In this document: positions 61,767-64,000 of the stretch, piece after piece
How positions within the stretch are numbered: position 1 is the first letter of the stretch
Layout of the letters: each line of letters begins with the position of its first letter
Assembly (NCBI GenBank): GCA_032128875.1
Contig: JAVLKG010000008.1
Coordinates: forward strand, 160,001 to 224,000
Origin: Candidatus Melainabacteria bacterium 17Bon1m
GTDB taxonomy: Bacteria > Cyanobacteriota > Vampirovibrionia > Obscuribacterales > Obscuribacteraceae
DNA: 64,000 nt
Direction of reading: 5' to 3'
The notes under the pieces: model-generated
Seen by the model: the letters and a program-made list of their open reading frames with translations, nothing else
Databases searched by the model: none
What the model was told of the DNA's origin: nothing
Position numbers and translations under genes: made by a program

Positions 61767-62750
61767 ATGACAAATGGTAAAACCAAAGGACATCGACTTC
61801 AGGAAGAACTCTTCCGCTGGTACGTTACCGTCTTCCGTGGCGATAACTGCGGTGAGACTACTCCGACGGCGCAGAGGCTGAATGGCCTCAAGCACCACGT
61901 TGAAGTCCTCATCAGAGCAGGCTGGACACTCACGATGAGTGCAGACAACTCGCCAGCAGACAAGGCCGGCGTCGACTTCATCTGGGAAAACCCCAGCCGC
62001 GGATGGTTCCCGCTCGACGCCAAAGCGATGGGATCGACGAGCTGCCGTCTCATCACGCAAGTACACGTCGGCAACAACACTGATGCCGGCGAGTTCAAGC
62101 AACTGCGTTTCGAGGACAGAATCGCGTTCCTCGAAACGCTGGTCAACCTGGCTCGCTCGGGTCGCCCCGTCAGCCATGCCTGCTGCCCGCCTCCCGGCGT
62201 CACTCCGGTGGCGGCGGCCCAGCTTCTCGATGGACTGAAGAAGCTCGAGCGGCAACTCGAAAAGTCGGCGTCTTGCGACGAACGGCTTGGCGAGTGGGCA
62301 GTTGCCCTGGGCAAAGCGATCGGGTACCAAAAGCGACAGGTACGCGGTGGTCCTAGCGAAGAGGCGACATCGTCGGCGCAGAAGCTCATCGCTTCGGCGA
62401 TCGATGCATTCTTCGTGTCGTTTCTCAACGGCAACAACGTCACCTTCGCATCGCAGCAAATGCGCTTGCAGCCCAACCTCCGCCGCCACGACCGACTCCA
62501 GTATCTCTTCACTGGCGACGTCATCAAGGCGACGGTCGGCAATGCGCAAGAGCTCGTCGTCCTCTCCGGATTGGCGTCGCTCATCAAGAAGCGTTTCGAA
62601 GCGCGCTACAGCGAGCTGATCGGGCTGCACCGCAGCGCCGACTGGCTCATGCAGCGCAAGCGCACCTTCGAGACGAAGGGTGTGGAATGCGTCATCCATG
62701 CGGTTCTCGACGCGTTCCAACGGCAGTCGGGCGCACGCCGCGCGGCGTAG
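61767..62750 (+). CDS. Putative PD-(D/E)XK restriction-endonuclease-fold protein
   Basis: KGHRLQEE helix, ADKAGVDF, FPLDAK motif arrangement. Confidence 0.6.
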   Translation: MTNGKTKGHRLQEELFRWYVTVFRGDNCGETTPTAQRLNGLKHHVEVLIRAGWTLTMSADNSPADKAGVDFIWENPSRGWFPLDAKAMGSTSCRLITQVHVGNNTDAGEFKQLRFEDRIAFLETLVNLARSGRPVSHACCPPPGVTPVAAAQLLDGLKKLERQLEKSASCDERLGEWAVALGKAIGYQKRQVRGGPSEEATSSAQKLIASAIDAFFVSFLNGNNVTFASQQMRLQPNLRRHDRLQYLFTGDVIKATVGNAQELVVLSGLASLIKKRFEARYSELIGLHRSADWLMQRKRTFETKGVECVIHAVLDAFQRQSGARRAA

Positions 62751-62821
62751 CCTCAGGCCCGACAAGCAGCAACAGGGGGCGCAAGTCCCCTGTCCCTCAA
62801 CCCAAAACCGGCAAAACCAAC

Positions 62822-63052
62822 ATGCCAAAGTGTCCTCCGCCTGCAATCTCAGGAACGCGTTCTCCACGGCCGCGCCTACTACTCGAAGCGTTCGTGCTGC
62901 TCTGCGTGGCTGTCGTCGCTGTCTGCGCCGGCATCGCCGCGCACTCTCCGCAGTGGCACAACGTGTGCTTGCTCATCGGCGCGCTCGTCATGATTCCGAT
63001 GTGTTGGGCTGCTGAACGCACGCTCGACACGTCGCAATCGACGAACTCCTGA
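62822..63052 (+). CDS. Small 2-TM membrane protein
   Basis: Two hydrophobic segments; followed by a terminator-like hairpin. Confidence 0.55.
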   Translation: MPKCPPPAISGTRSPRPRLLLEAFVLLCVAVVAVCAGIAAHSPQWHNVCLLIGALVMIPMCWAAERTLDTSQSTNS

Positions 63053-63422
63053 ACTCGAGCATCAAGAAGAAACTGGAAACCGGCAGACAAGGCGCCTTTC
63101 AAGAGCGCCATCTGCCTGCTCTCCTCTCTCTTCTTTTTTCAAAACATTTCTACTGCTTGCTTTAGTATATCCCGCAAAACCAGCCGACAATCTTCTGGAT
63201 GCCCCAGAGAGATTGCCGGCCGCGTTTCAATTGCTAATTGCTAGCATTCACAAGCCCAACTTCGAGGCGGACAAGTGCAGATGTATTCTCTCTCCTTTAC
63301 GAAAACCGGTCCGCCAGGAGTAGCAACGATCATGGGCGGACGTTGAGCTCTCGGCGTGAAAGCAGTCCTTACAGGACCGGCCGGAGTGGAAAACTTCCTC
63401 AATGGCACATCTTCTGCCGCTT

Positions 63423-63986
63423 TCAAAAGCATGGCAAATTCTCCCAATTGTTTACTCTGTGGGACGTGTGACACTTCTTTCCGAAATTCCGCACCACAGT
63501 TCCAACCGGAACTCGAAACTCCTGCACCTTCAGAACATCACGATCAGGTATGAAGAGTGCCCAGTTGTAGAGAAACGACTCACGATCGGGCTCATTAACG
63601 ATCGTGCGCCAGTAACCGATATGCATAAGTGATGGGTCTTCGATAATATCCACCCGAGAGTCAGCCGGCACCTCACGACTGTGGCCCACGGCGTCGTCGA
63701 GCAGAGAGAATCGGTAGGTGGGTCCCCTGCCGATGTTATCCGTACCATAGAGAAAAAAGCCGATCTCTCCCCGGAAATGTACAGTACGCACGAGCGCGGA
63801 CTCTTGAGAGACAACCTCCTTACGCGGCAGCAAACAACTGATAGACATTGCCACCAACGCACCACTCAAAATGCCGAAATACACACCGACAATTTGCCCG
63901 AGCAAGATTTCCCAAAAGCGCCCGCCCCAAGCGCCTACAAGCCCGAAGTAGCCACCTATGAATACGAAAAGGCAAACCGTGTTCAT
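63423..63986 (-). CDS. Hypothetical membrane protein
   Basis: AAGGGA RBS, 2 N-terminal TMs and a soluble domain. Confidence 0.7.
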   Translation of the reverse strand: MNTVCLFVFIGGYFGLVGAWGGRFWEILLGQIVGVYFGILSGALVAMSISCLLPRKEVVSQESALVRTVHFRGEIGFFLYGTDNIGRGPTYRFSLLDDAVGHSREVPADSRVDIIEDPSLMHIGYWRTIVNEPDRESFLYNWALFIPDRDVLKVQEFRVPVGTVVRNFGKKCHTSHRVNNWENLPCF

Positions 63987-64000
63987 CTGAATTTCCCTTC

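Overview
Bacterial chromosomal window with no rRNA, tRNA, CRISPR array, transposase, integrase or reverse transcriptase that I can recognise. The gene repertoire (DUF4388/degenerate-GGDEF protein, PAS histidine kinase, MEDS protein, many orphan membrane proteins) suggests a non-photosynthetic cyanobacterial relative such as Vampirovibrionia/Obscuribacterales; this is inference only. Recognisable genes: EamA transporter with divergent Lrp regulator, REC-REC-PAS sensor, MocR regulator, two NIF/FCP1-like HAD phosphatases, a divergent thrB, cysteine desulfurase, AAC(6')-I-like acetyltransferase, two ABC transporters, rbsK, a ClpP-like protease, glpD, copA, HDAC, an SDR, mitochondrial-type aconitase and mdh. 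These are interleaved with blocks of co-oriented orphan genes that visibly favour C/G-ending codons and whose spacers are tiled with hairpins lacking U-tracts. Most notable: (i) a 57.6-63.1 kb orphan block with a duplicated beta-rich domain, highly structured spacers and a PD-(D/E)XK-like nuclease behind a ~165-nt structured leader; (ii) a recurrent CACCRAATAYGGTG hairpin/palindrome in four intergenic sites; (iii) a GTAG-type REP element translated in frame inside copA next to an extra inserted domain; (iv) a CRIPT-like Cys-rich microprotein after copA; (v) a duplicated HEXXH-protein plus membrane-anchored-protein module; (vi) an aconitase with a Cys-rich, amphipathic C-terminal tail. All family assignments come from motif recognition by eye, not database searches.
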